From Dehalococcoidia bacterium (lineage in GTDB: Bacteria; Chloroflexota; Dehalococcoidia; UBA6926), in contig CBDEUZ010000007.1 of NCBI GenBank assembly GCA_965243495.1, positions 295,743 through 359,742 on the forward strand: DNA of 64,000 nucleotides, read 5' to 3'. Under the pieces are notes generated by a model that was not told where the DNA came from, made no database searches, and saw only the letters and a list, made by a program, of their open reading frames with translations. The position numbers and the translations under genes are program-made. Positions 53,531-61,597 of this stretch are shown here, piece after piece; the stretch's first letter is position 1; each line of letters opens with the position of its first letter.

Positions 53531-53627
53531 CGAGTCCCCTGACATTGCGCTTATGCGCGAAGTGATGTTGCAAGTATACACCGCAATGGTGTCGTGACGC
53601 ATTTGATTTCCTGTATTTGACGGTATC

Positions 53628-54389
53628 GTGATGAGCATGAGTGAAGAATGGCGTTTGGTTCTGGACGCGGGACTAACTGGCCGCGAAAACATGGCTCTGG
53701 ATGAGGAGCTTGCCACGCAAGTCGCGGAGGGTAAGTCCGCGCCGCTCGTACGGATCTATTCCTGGCCCTGCCCTGCTGTGACGCTGGGACGGCATCAAAA
53801 TGCCGAGCAACTGCTTGACGTTCAGCGCTGTGAGCAGTCGGGAATAGAGGTCGTGCGGCGTCCAACCGGTGGCAAGGCGATCCTGCATTCGACTGGCGAC
53901 GTGACGTACAGCGTTATCGCACCTGCGAATAAGAAGCCCTTCTCACATGATGTGCTGGCCGGCTACTCAGCAATCAACGAAGCGCTCGTAGCCGGACTGG
54001 CAATGCTCGGCGTTCGCGTCACTGTGCGTGATCCTGCGCCAATCTGGCCGGCAACCGGTGTCGAATTCGGTTGCTTCGAGTCTCCCGGACGGCACGAAGT
54101 GTATTGGGCCGGGCGGAAGATGGTGGCCAGCGCCCAGCGCCGCACGGCAGGCGTCGTCCTTCAACACGGGACGATTCCATCGGCAGAGGCAGGTTCGCGA
54201 CTGGCCGATCTCTTGCGACTCGACCCGGGACGTCGGGAACGGTTCCGGCGAGACCTGAATGACCGGGCGGGGACGCTGGCAAGAGCACTGGACAGTGTTC
54301 CCGACTTCAGAGAGGTGGCGAACGCTCTGAGCGAGGGGTTCAGGCAGGCATGGGGAATTGAATTGGCCTTGTCAGAGGTTGGGGACTAG
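53628..54389 (+). CDS. lipoate--protein ligase family protein (BPL/LPL catalytic domain)
   Basis: 253 aa, RPTGGKAILH motif typical of LplA/LipB/LipM. Confidence 0.75.
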   Translation: MMSMSEEWRLVLDAGLTGRENMALDEELATQVAEGKSAPLVRIYSWPCPAVTLGRHQNAEQLLDVQRCEQSGIEVVRRPTGGKAILHSTGDVTYSVIAPANKKPFSHDVLAGYSAINEALVAGLAMLGVRVTVRDPAPIWPATGVEFGCFESPGRHEVYWAGRKMVASAQRRTAGVVLQHGTIPSAEAGSRLADLLRLDPGRRERFRRDLNDRAGTLARALDSVPDFREVANALSEGFRQAWGIELALSEVGD

Positions 54390-54435
54390 CCGTTTAGGTC
54401 TGCGTTTTCGTTGCTCTTGGGTATACGCTTTCTGA

Positions 54436-55986
54436 ATGGCGCTCGCAGAAAGACTCCGCTCCGGCAGCTCATATAAATGGCTCGTTCTCGTCACGGTTGG
54501 TCTTGGGATTCTGACGAGCACGGTTGACGGCTCAATCACGAATATTGCCCTGCCTGAACTGGGCAAGGTCTTCGGCGTAGACCCCAGCATCATCCTGTGG
54601 GTGACCGCTGCGTACATGCTGGCGAGCATCGGTTTAATGTTGACGCTGGGTAGCCTGGGTGACGCCATCGGCCGCAAACAGGTATTCCTGACGGGTTTCC
54701 TTGTCTTTGGTATCGGGTTGGTAATCACGCCGCTGAGCACGACGTTGCCGATGCTTCTTTTTGGACGAGTCGTTCAGGGTATCGGGCAGGCGATGATCCT
54801 CGCCAACGGCAACGCGCTTGTTGTCGACGCATTCCCCGACTCAGAGCGCGGGCGAGCGATTGGGATGGAGAACGCTTTTGTAGGTGTGGGCCTGGCAAGC
54901 GGAGCTCCCTTAGGCGGTTTTCTGCTCGACCTATGGGGCTGGCAATCGCTCTTCTATACACGTGCGCCCTTCATGGCAGCGTTCTTCGTAATGGGGCTGG
55001 TCCTGCTACGGAGCGACCGTCAGGAAGGTCGCCACGCTCGCGTCGATTTCCTTGGCGCTCTGGCACTGTTTGGCTTCATTTCGGCTCTTCTATTAGGCCT
55101 CAACCGCGGCCCGAACATTGGATGGACGGAGCCGCTCATCATAGCGCTCGGTGGGGTGGCAATCTTATCGCTCCTGCTTTTTCTCTTCGTGGAATCCCGC
55201 CAGCGGATGCCGATAGTCGAGATTCAAATGAGGGGCGTCCGCTTATTGAGAGACCACCTCCCTGTCCTGGATTTGAGCCTGTTCCGAAATCGAATGTTCT
55301 CCATAGCGAATAGCGCAAACGCGCTGCAATTCCTGAGCCAGGGGGCAATCATCATCCTGCTCCCGTTCTTCCTGATTTCCGGGCGCGGATTCACGGCGAC
55401 GGAAGCCGGCCTCATCCTGGTCACGCTGCCAATTGTGCGGCTAGTTGTCGCGCCGGTTGCCGGCTGGGCTGCCGACAAGATGTCGTCAAGGACCGTTTCG
55501 ACATTTGGGCTGCTTGTTATGACCGGCGCATACTTTGGTCTGCGAAGTGTTGGCGTCGATACACCCGTCGCTATATTGATTACCTTGCTGCTGGCGGAAG
55601 GGGCGGGCAGTTCTATATTCGGCCCGGGCAACAACAGCGCCATCATGGGCTCAGTGCCGCCTTCCCATCTCGGCACCGCATCAGCAATGCTCGGCACGGT
55701 GAGGCAGATAAGCCAGGCAACAGGCATCGCGGTGGCGGGCACACTCTATGCCGTGATTCAGAGCGATGAGCAGTCAATGCTTCTTGCGTCAGGGCTATCC
55801 GCAGAGGAGGCAATGAGCCAATCGGTTACGACCGGATTCCAGGATGTGCTGACAATCATGCTCATCACACTTGTAGCCGCCATTTTTGTCTCAGTGCTTA
55901 GGGGAAAGGACCCGCCCCATCGCTCCGGACCGCCCGGCGGACGCGGGATGGGCGCGCCTGTGACCCAGCAGCAGGAACGGGCATAG
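54436..55986 (+). CDS. MFS transporter, DHA2 (EmrB/QacA, 14-TMS) family
   Basis: 516 aa, hydropathy of a 14-helix drug:H+ antiporter. Confidence 0.85.
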   Translation: MALAERLRSGSSYKWLVLVTVGLGILTSTVDGSITNIALPELGKVFGVDPSIILWVTAAYMLASIGLMLTLGSLGDAIGRKQVFLTGFLVFGIGLVITPLSTTLPMLLFGRVVQGIGQAMILANGNALVVDAFPDSERGRAIGMENAFVGVGLASGAPLGGFLLDLWGWQSLFYTRAPFMAAFFVMGLVLLRSDRQEGRHARVDFLGALALFGFISALLLGLNRGPNIGWTEPLIIALGGVAILSLLLFLFVESRQRMPIVEIQMRGVRLLRDHLPVLDLSLFRNRMFSIANSANALQFLSQGAIIILLPFFLISGRGFTATEAGLILVTLPIVRLVVAPVAGWAADKMSSRTVSTFGLLVMTGAYFGLRSVGVDTPVAILITLLLAEGAGSSIFGPGNNSAIMGSVPPSHLGTASAMLGTVRQISQATGIAVAGTLYAVIQSDEQSMLLASGLSAEEAMSQSVTTGFQDVLTIMLITLVAAIFVSVLRGKDPPHRSGPPGGRGMGAPVTQQQERA

Positions 55987-55998
55987 GCTTTACAGCAG

Positions 55999-57510
55999 TT
56001 GAGGCAATTCTCGGACAGGCTGCGCGCCGCCGGCTATTTCAAGTGGCTCGTGCTGCTCACCGTGGGCGTGAGCATCCTCACAAGCGCCTTCGACGTAGGA
56101 ATAACGAACATAGCGTTACCCGAGCTCGGGCGAGAGTTCGATGTCGAGCCGGATGTCATCCTCTGGGTAAGCGTCATTTATTTGCTGGCAAGTCTCGGAT
56201 TGAGTTTGACATTTGGCAGCCTCGGCGACGCGATTGGCCGCAAGCAGGTCTTTTTGAGCGGCTTCCTTGTATTTGGCTTCGGGTTGGTCATTGCCACATT
56301 GAGCACAACACTTCCGATGCTGCTGGTTGCCCGGGTCATCCAGGGGATCGGTCTGGCATTGTTCATATCCAACAGCGATGCCATCGTTGTCGGGGCCTTT
56401 CCTGAAGCCGAACGGGCGCGGGCAATCGGGCTGGAGAACGTCTTTGTGGGAATTGGCCTCTCACTTGGCCCATTGCTGGGAGGATTCCTACTGGACGCGC
56501 TGGGATGGCAGGCACTCTTCTACACGCGCATTCCATTCATCTTGTTCTTCTTTGTGATGGGGCTTGTCATTCTGCGAAATGACCGCACAGCGGGCCGTCA
56601 CGTTAGGTTCGATTTCTTTGGCGCGATCCTGCTGTTCGTGTTCATGACCGTGTTCCTCCTTACTCTGAACCGCGGGCCGATTCTCGGTTGGTCGGAGCCA
56701 CTCATCATCGGACTCGCAGTGGCTGCGGCCGCCTCGTTTGCCATATTCATGTACGTGCAGTCGCGACCGGACATGATGGTTCTCCAGATTCGAAAGAGTG
56801 GCGTTCGATTCTTGCGTGAGCGTCTGCCTATCCTGGAGTTGAACCTGTTCCTGATCCGGCAGTTCTCCGCGTCAAACGCTACAAACACGCTCCAGTTCAT
56901 CACACAGGGCGCGCTCATCATCCTGTTGCCGTTCTTCCTGCTGAACGGGCGCGGCCTGACCGCGACGGAGGCGGGCCTGATACTCGTCACCCTGCCCGTC
57001 GTTCGGCTTTTCGTCGCTCCATCCGCCGGATGGGCAGCAGACAAGATCCCGACCCGAGTGATTGCCACCTTTGGACTCGCGCTGATGACGGTGGCCTACT
57101 ATGCGCTGACATATATCGGAATCGACACACACATCGCAATCTTTGTAGTCGTGCTGCTCTCTCTGGGAACGGGCATCTCCATCTTTGAGCCCGGCAACAA
57201 CACTGCATTGGTCAGCTCGGTTCCGCCCAACCGGCTTGGGACAGCTTCAGCCATGATTGCCACAGTCAGACAGGTCAGCCAGGCAACAGGCCTCGCCATA
57301 GCAGGAACACTCTTTGCCGTCATTCAGCGCGATGAGGAAGCACGGCTCCTAGGCGCCGGAGTGGACGCGGGAACGGCAATGGCTCAGTCAGTAACCACGG
57401 GCTACCAGGACGTCATTACGTATCTGACAGTTCTGCTCGTAGTGGCGATATTTGTATCCGCCCTCCGTGGACGAGACCCGGTGCGCGTGAGTGCGACACC
57501 TCAACCATGA
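55999..57510 (+). CDS. MFS transporter, DHA2 family (tandem paralog)
   Basis: 503 aa, co-linear similarity to the upstream gene across the full length. Confidence 0.85.
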   Translation: MRQFSDRLRAAGYFKWLVLLTVGVSILTSAFDVGITNIALPELGREFDVEPDVILWVSVIYLLASLGLSLTFGSLGDAIGRKQVFLSGFLVFGFGLVIATLSTTLPMLLVARVIQGIGLALFISNSDAIVVGAFPEAERARAIGLENVFVGIGLSLGPLLGGFLLDALGWQALFYTRIPFILFFFVMGLVILRNDRTAGRHVRFDFFGAILLFVFMTVFLLTLNRGPILGWSEPLIIGLAVAAAASFAIFMYVQSRPDMMVLQIRKSGVRFLRERLPILELNLFLIRQFSASNATNTLQFITQGALIILLPFFLLNGRGLTATEAGLILVTLPVVRLFVAPSAGWAADKIPTRVIATFGLALMTVAYYALTYIGIDTHIAIFVVVLLSLGTGISIFEPGNNTALVSSVPPNRLGTASAMIATVRQVSQATGLAIAGTLFAVIQRDEEARLLGAGVDAGTAMAQSVTTGYQDVITYLTVLLVVAIFVSALRGRDPVRVSATPQP

Positions 57511-57553
57511 CCCTCTCCCACGTCAGAGGGAGGGCATGTCACGCGAGCAGCAG

Positions 57554-58018
57554 TTAGCTGGAGATACCCCTAACAGCTTCCAGCGCCTCGTTCGCGTGAC
57601 GCTCCATGTCGCCGGGATCATCGATGACATGGCGAAGGATGCCGTCCTTGTCGATGACGTACGTGACGCGGCGAATCATGCTGCGTTCTTCATTCCACGC
57701 GCCGAGCGTCTTGGCCGCCTCATGGTTCGGGTAGCCGCTCACGAGCCTGTAGCTCAGGCCACAATGCTGTGCGAAGGCAGCTTGGCTTGGAATCAGATCA
57801 ACGCTTGAACCCCAGACCTGGGTGTTTAGCTTTCGGAATTCGTCGTGCAGACGCTCGAATTCCCTCAGCTCCCGCTCTCAACCGCCTGTAAACGCGGCGG
57901 CATAGAATGCGATGACAAGGTTTTCCTCGCCCTTGAGATCCGCAGTGCTAATCGTCTCTCGAAACCCGGATGTGAAGGTCAGATCCGGCAGCTGTTGTCC
58001 TACTTCCGGCATGGTCAT
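57554..58018 (-). CDS. Bcp/PrxQ-type peroxiredoxin with an in-frame TGA at the peroxidatic Cys position (candidate selenoprotein; alternatively a pseudogene)
   Basis: The minus-strand translation gives MTMPEVGQQLPDLTFTSGFRETISTADLKGEENLVIAFYAAAFTGG-[TGA at 57878..57880]-ERELREFERLHDEFRKLNTQVWGSSVDLIPSQAAFAQHCGLSYRLVSGYPNHEAAKTLGAWNEERSMIRRVTYVIDKDGILRHVIDDPGDMERHANEALEAVRGISS. This aligns with the Bcp motif FYPKDFTPGC, with the TGA at the Cys position. The ORF track shows only the C-terminal 62-aa fragment. Confidence 0.55.
57835..57863 (-). promoter_or_regulatory. candidate bacterial SECIS hairpin downstream of the in-frame UGA
   Basis: In the mRNA, 14 nt after the UGA there is a perfect 8-bp stem GGAAUUCG/CGAAUUCC with a 13-nt loop (agcgucugcacga) containing GU. 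Confidence 0.4.
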
Positions 58019-58096
58019 GGTCGGTTTAATCCCCCGTTTGCCGCGGCTTTCTCAGCTATGCCGCACCGTAATCGTATCGCGTTAGCATGCTGTCTG

Positions 58097-58576
58097 TCAG
58101 CGCAGGATGCCCCTTCTTTCCTTGGGTGCGTGGCAATACCACACCCGGCCCGCAATGGCATGACGCGCGACAGGCCCAAATGCGCGACTGTCCCTACTGT
58201 CACCACGATTATCGCCGAGGAGAACGAATTCATCCTCGCCTGTTATCCACTCATCCCTATCGCCGGAATTCGGCCTCGACGGAGCGCGTGAGACATACGC
58301 CTCCGGAAGTGGTTCGCCGTTCACATAGATAGCGCCGTCTACCATCGCGATGCGCTCATTCGGCAGACCGCAGATCCGCTTGATAGATACTCCTCCGGAT
58401 TCGGGTTCGCTGAATGCCACAACGTCACTCCTTTGCGGCACACCACCGGAGAAACGCCGAGACACCAGAACCATGTCGCCCTCCAGAAGATATGGTTCCA
58501 TGCTATGGCCGGTCACGCGGAACCTGAGGGAACTGAACAGATCCAGCAGGCGTGGAGGATGCAGCCACCAGGGCAT
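58097..58576 (-). CDS. sodX: S26-family peptidase, Ni-SOD maturation protease SodX-like
   Basis: 159 aa with Ser/Lys dyad motifs (GHSMEPYLLEGDMVLV ... KRICGLPNERI). It is divergently adjacent to sodN, as in Streptomyces. Confidence 0.8.
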   Translation of the reverse strand: MPWWLHPPRLLDLFSSLRFRVTGHSMEPYLLEGDMVLVSRRFSGGVPQRSDVVAFSEPESGGVSIKRICGLPNERIAMVDGAIYVNGEPLPEAYVSRAPSRPNSGDRDEWITGEDEFVLLGDNRGDSRDSRAFGPVARHAIAGRVWYCHAPKERRGILR

Positions 58577-58607
58577 CAGAAGTGCCCCCCCATGCCCGTG
58601 GCATTCC

Positions 58608-58637
58608 TTGCCCTATGAGTGGGGGCTACCGTACAAT
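58608..58637 (+). promoter_or_regulatory. candidate promoter of sodN (TTGCCC-18nt-TACAAT)
   Basis: Hexamers at 58608..58613 and 58632..58637. A GGAGGAAG Shine-Dalgarno precedes the sodN ATG. Confidence 0.4.
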
Positions 58638-58695
58638 CTTTCACGTTTGAATCCGCTTAAGCCAACTTGAAAACTGGGGACGATAGGAGGAAGAA

Positions 58696-59190
58696 ATGTC
58701 CGCACTCAGTATAGCCCTAAGGGCGATCGAAAGGTTCTCACCCGCCAAGCCGGCGAACGCGCACTGTGATATTCCGTGTGGCATCTATGATCCACACGCG
58801 GCGCAGATTGCGGCTCACACGGTGGTGCGGATGGTGAATCTGATCGAAGATCTGGGCGAGGTTTCAGACGCGGAGTCGCGCAACAAGCTCATACGCTACA
58901 TCGCCGTCAAGGAAGAGCATGCTGAGCTCGCCAAGAAGGAGCTCCGCATCCTGTGGGGCGACTATTTCCGCCCCGAGCACCTGGAGCAGCATCCAAACCT
59001 GCACAACCTGTTCTTCACAGCGATGAAGCAGGGCTCCGCCGCGCGGCAGAGCGTCAGTATGGACAACGCTCAGGCGCTTGTGTCGACGGTGCAGGAGATC
59101 GCTGAGATTTTCTGGGCGACCAAGGGCGCCGAGACATCTCGACAGCCGTCTCGTCAGACTTCCGGCGGGGAGATCGTCTATCCGGCATAA
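58696..59190 (+). CDS. sodN: nickel-containing superoxide dismutase precursor
   Basis: 164 aa. A 23-aa leader is followed by the Ni-hook HCDIPCGIYDP. The rest is co-linear with Streptomyces SodN (…ELAKKELRILWGDYFRPEH…). Confidence 0.9.
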   Translation: MSALSIALRAIERFSPAKPANAHCDIPCGIYDPHAAQIAAHTVVRMVNLIEDLGEVSDAESRNKLIRYIAVKEEHAELAKKELRILWGDYFRPEHLEQHPNLHNLFFTAMKQGSAARQSVSMDNAQALVSTVQEIAEIFWATKGAETSRQPSRQTSGGEIVYPA

Positions 59191-59218
59191 CGGCCGGATT
59201 CACCCTACCAGACCTTAA

Positions 59219-59262
59219 ACGAGCAGTCCGGCGATGTCGCCGGACTGCTCGTTTTCGTCGTT
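59219..59262. terminator. bidirectional rho-independent terminator between sodN and the convergent downstream gene
   Basis: A perfect 15-bp stem ACGAGCAGTCCGGCG/CGCCGGACTGCTCGT with a 4-nt loop, flanked by TTTTCGTCGTT on the plus strand and an A-rich run on the other side. Confidence 0.65.
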
Positions 59263-59324
59263 AAGGTGTCAACCTCGCCGGGTAACGCCACAGGCCTTGG
59301 CCCTGTGACCAGAATATCGGCAGC

Positions 59325-59786
59325 TCACGGGTACCCAATGTCTGGATCAAAAGATGGCTCTGAAGCAACCTGTCCGCCGGCGTTTAGGTACCAGCCGTAG
59401 TTGCCGCTCGGGGCGTTCGTTGCGCCGACGTTGAGCGTGGTCTCGGCAGATGTGATATCGGCCGTGGATTCCAGGCCGCCGTGTTCTGCAAGCAGCTCAA
59501 ATGCGAGCCAGGAGCACGTCTCCCCTCCGTCTGAGCCGTCGCATTGATAGCCCGCCGCATTCCCTTCCCGCGGCACGCCAATCTCGCCTGAGAGAGTTGG
59601 CCACTCCGGTTGGGGAAACACCCGGGCCTCCTGGTAGATAGGGATGGCGTCCTGCAGCAGAGAACGATCGGCGTCATGAGCACGTTCGCCGAGGATGCCG
59701 CGAACGGCCGGCGCAAGCAGAATGGCAAGTCCAACCAGAACGATGATGATGATTAGGGCGGATAGTTCCCTTGTGAACCGTCGCAC
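59325..59786 (-). CDS. hypothetical secreted/membrane-anchored protein with a pilin-like N-terminal helix and a C-terminal Cys pair
   Basis: 153 aa. N-terminal RRFTRELSALIIIIVLVGLAILLA resembles, but does not match, a prepilin motif. Disulfide candidate YQCDGSDGGETCSW. Confidence 0.4.
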   Translation of the reverse strand: MRRFTRELSALIIIIVLVGLAILLAPAVRGILGERAHDADRSLLQDAIPIYQEARVFPQPEWPTLSGEIGVPREGNAAGYQCDGSDGGETCSWLAFELLAEHGGLESTADITSAETTLNVGATNAPSGNYGWYLNAGGQVASEPSFDPDIGYP

Positions 59787-59813
59787 GATGGGGCCTTATT
59801 GGGCCGCCGCCGC

Positions 59814-60044
59814 TCAGGAGGCTTCGCGCTTGATTTCCAGGCTCTCGCCGGGGGCGAGCGCAACGCGCTTGACGGTCAAGTTCATCTTCAGAAGCCAGTA
59901 CCAGAGAGTGCCCTTGCTGATCCCGAGTTCTTCGGACATGCCCGGCAATCCAAGTTCGTTGTACATTTCGGGCAAAAGACGCTCGAGGGGGCGCCCATAG
60001 CGCTCCTCAACCTGCTTCATCAGCTTGGTTTTTCCGCGTGCCAT
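59814..60044 (-). CDS. small helix-turn-helix protein
   Basis: 76 aa, predicted HTH (MSEELGISKGTLWYWLLKM). Confidence 0.4.
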   Translation of the reverse strand: MARGKTKLMKQVEERYGRPLERLLPEMYNELGLPGMSEELGISKGTLWYWLLKMNLTVKRVALAPGESLEIKREAS

Positions 60045-60130
60045 ACTGCCTCCGGAGCGTGGCCAGTCTATTCGCGCAGGAGCGGAATTGTCAAGTATTC
60101 TAAGACTGGTTTCAAACCGGGTTCAAAGAC

Positions 60131-60160
60131 TTGACAGATAGAATCTGACCTCAGTAGGAT
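60131..60160 (+). promoter_or_regulatory. sigma70-like promoter of the aro leader (TTGACA-18nt-TAGGAT)
   Basis: Perfect -35 TTGACA at 60131..60136, -10 TAGGAT at 60155..60160. Confidence 0.5.
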
Positions 60161-60169
60161 TTTGGCGTG

Positions 60170-60244
60170 ATGATTGGTGCTGGCTATCGCTATTACGACT
60201 TTAGCTACCCCCTGCGGGGTGGGTTGCCGGCGTCGCTCGTCTGA
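60170..60244 (+). CDS. Tyr/Phe-rich attenuation leader peptide (24 aa, MIGAGYRYYDFSYPLRGGLPASLV)
   Basis: ATG at 60170, codons TAT-CGC-TAT-TAC-GAC-TTT-AGC-TAC at 60185..60208, TGA at 60242. It sits between the promoter and a terminator, upstream of DAHP synthase. Confidence 0.5.
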   Translation: MIGAGYRYYDFSYPLRGGLPASLV

Positions 60245-60270
60245 TTGACGCGCATAGTAGAGAAAAAGGC

Positions 60271-60310
60271 AAAGCCCCCCCGCATCAGTCGGGGGGGCTT
60301 TCCATATATT
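60271..60310 (+). terminator. attenuator terminator hairpin (AAAGCCCCCCC-gcatcagtc-GGGGGGGCTTT)
   Basis: Perfect 11-bp stem followed by a TTTCCATATATT U-rich stretch. The upstream segment GCGGGGTGGGTTGCC (60215..60229) can pair with GGCAAAGCCCCCCCGC as an antiterminator. Confidence 0.5.
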
Positions 60311-60359
60311 CAGGAGTGTTAGAGAGCAAAGGCCGTGTGGCCGGAGGAAAGCGGACGCA

Positions 60360-61382
60360 ATGATCGTCGTAATGCGCACTGACGCAACACAAGAAAACGT
60401 AGACGGCGTTGTCGAGAAGATTCAAGAACTTGGCTATCGGGCCGACGTGGAGCCCGGCGAGTTCACCAGTGTTGTTGCCGTCATCGGTGACACGACTGCG
60501 GGAGGCGATGACGTCCTGAGAATCCTGCCGGGTGTGGATCACGTAGTCCGCATCATGAAGCCGTATAAGCATGTGAGCCGTGATTTTCGAAAGCGGGACA
60601 CCATAGTTGATTTGCCGAATGGCGTGAAAATTGGCCCGAGCGCGCCGGTGGCCATGATGGTGGGACCGTGTGCGGTGGAGTCCGAAGAGCAGGTGCGACA
60701 GGTTGCTGAAATGGACCGGAAACTCGGCTTCACCATTCTTCGCGGCGGCGCGTTCAAGCCACGCACCTCGCCGTACACGTTCCAGGGGCTGGGCCTTGAG
60801 GGACTGCGCATCCTGAGGAATGTCGCAGATGAGTACGGTCTGATGGTCATCACAGAAGTGATGTCTGAGATGGACGTGGAAATGTGCGAGGAATACGCCG
60901 ACATCCTCCAGATCGGCGCTCGCACCATGCACGCGTTCCGGCTGCTCAAGACCGTCGGACAAACGCGCAAGCCGGTTTTGCTGAAGCGCGGATTCCACGC
61001 CACCATCCGCGAGTGGCTGCTGAGCGCTGAGTACATCATCAGCGAGGGCAATTGGAACGTCATCATGTGTGAGCGCGGCATCCGCAGCTTTGACGATGAG
61101 TTCTCACGAAACGTCCTTGATCTGACGGCCGTGCAGATACTCAAAAGAGAGAGCCACCTGCCTGTCGTTGTTGATCCCAGCCACGGCACGGGTGAGCGTG
61201 ATCTGGTAATGCCAATGGCGAAGGCTGCCATCGCAGCAGGAGCGGACGGGCTTATCATCGAAGCGCACCCCGACCCTACGACGGCGCTTTCTGATGGAGC
61301 GCAGTCTCTGCCAGTGGACTGGCTGCCGGAGTTGCAGAAGCAGGTCAACGGCATTGCCAAAGCAATTGGACGGGAGGTCTAG
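60360..61382 (+). CDS. aroF: 3-deoxy-7-phosphoheptulonate (DAHP) synthase, type I-beta with N-terminal regulatory domain
   Basis: 340 aa, KPRTSPYTFQGLG and the (beta/alpha)8 core. GGAGG Shine-Dalgarno. Confidence 0.9.
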   Translation: MIVVMRTDATQENVDGVVEKIQELGYRADVEPGEFTSVVAVIGDTTAGGDDVLRILPGVDHVVRIMKPYKHVSRDFRKRDTIVDLPNGVKIGPSAPVAMMVGPCAVESEEQVRQVAEMDRKLGFTILRGGAFKPRTSPYTFQGLGLEGLRILRNVADEYGLMVITEVMSEMDVEMCEEYADILQIGARTMHAFRLLKTVGQTRKPVLLKRGFHATIREWLLSAEYIISEGNWNVIMCERGIRSFDDEFSRNVLDLTAVQILKRESHLPVVVDPSHGTGERDLVMPMAKAAIAAGADGLIIEAHPDPTTALSDGAQSLPVDWLPELQKQVNGIAKAIGREV

Positions 61383-61475
61383 GGCAAAGGAGTCTCAGCA
61401 TTCTTCGCTGCGCTCGGAATGACATGGCGCGGGGCATGACGTGAGAAGGCGGTGGTCAGTAGAATGCGTAGCAAC

Positions 61476-61562
61476 GGCAGGATGGCGGAGTGGACAAACG
61501 CACCAGGCTGTAAACTTGGCGCCCTAAGGGCTACGGGGGTTCGAATCCCTCTCCTGCCACCA
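61476..61562 (+). tRNA. tRNA-Tyr (anticodon GTA)
   Basis: 87-nt class II tRNA. Acceptor GGCAGGA/TCCTGCC, anticodon loop CUGUAAA, long variable arm, T-loop GGTTCGAAT, encoded CCA. A TAGAAT -10-like hexamer lies 10 nt upstream. Confidence 0.9.
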
Positions 61563-61597
61563 CTCCGCCCTTACCTCATAACGCCCACGAGGCGTGT

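Noticed and set aside
53531-53716. 62-aa N-terminal extension of rpsA
   Set aside because: S1 homology starts near MLQEP, where there is an AGGGGA Shine-Dalgarno. The extension is Ser-rich and runs into the divergent promoter region.
58015-58233. 72-aa minus-strand ORF between sodX and bcp
   Set aside because: It is a different frame from the peroxiredoxin with no homology or Shine-Dalgarno, so it is probably the 5' UTR/spacer of the Sec-Bcp gene.
60160-60310. T-box riboswitch upstream of DAHP synthase
   Set aside because: A GGGTGG word is present, but there is no recognisable stem I, specifier loop or T-box consensus next to the terminator. A translated Tyr-rich leader ORF with antiterminator pairing explains the region better.
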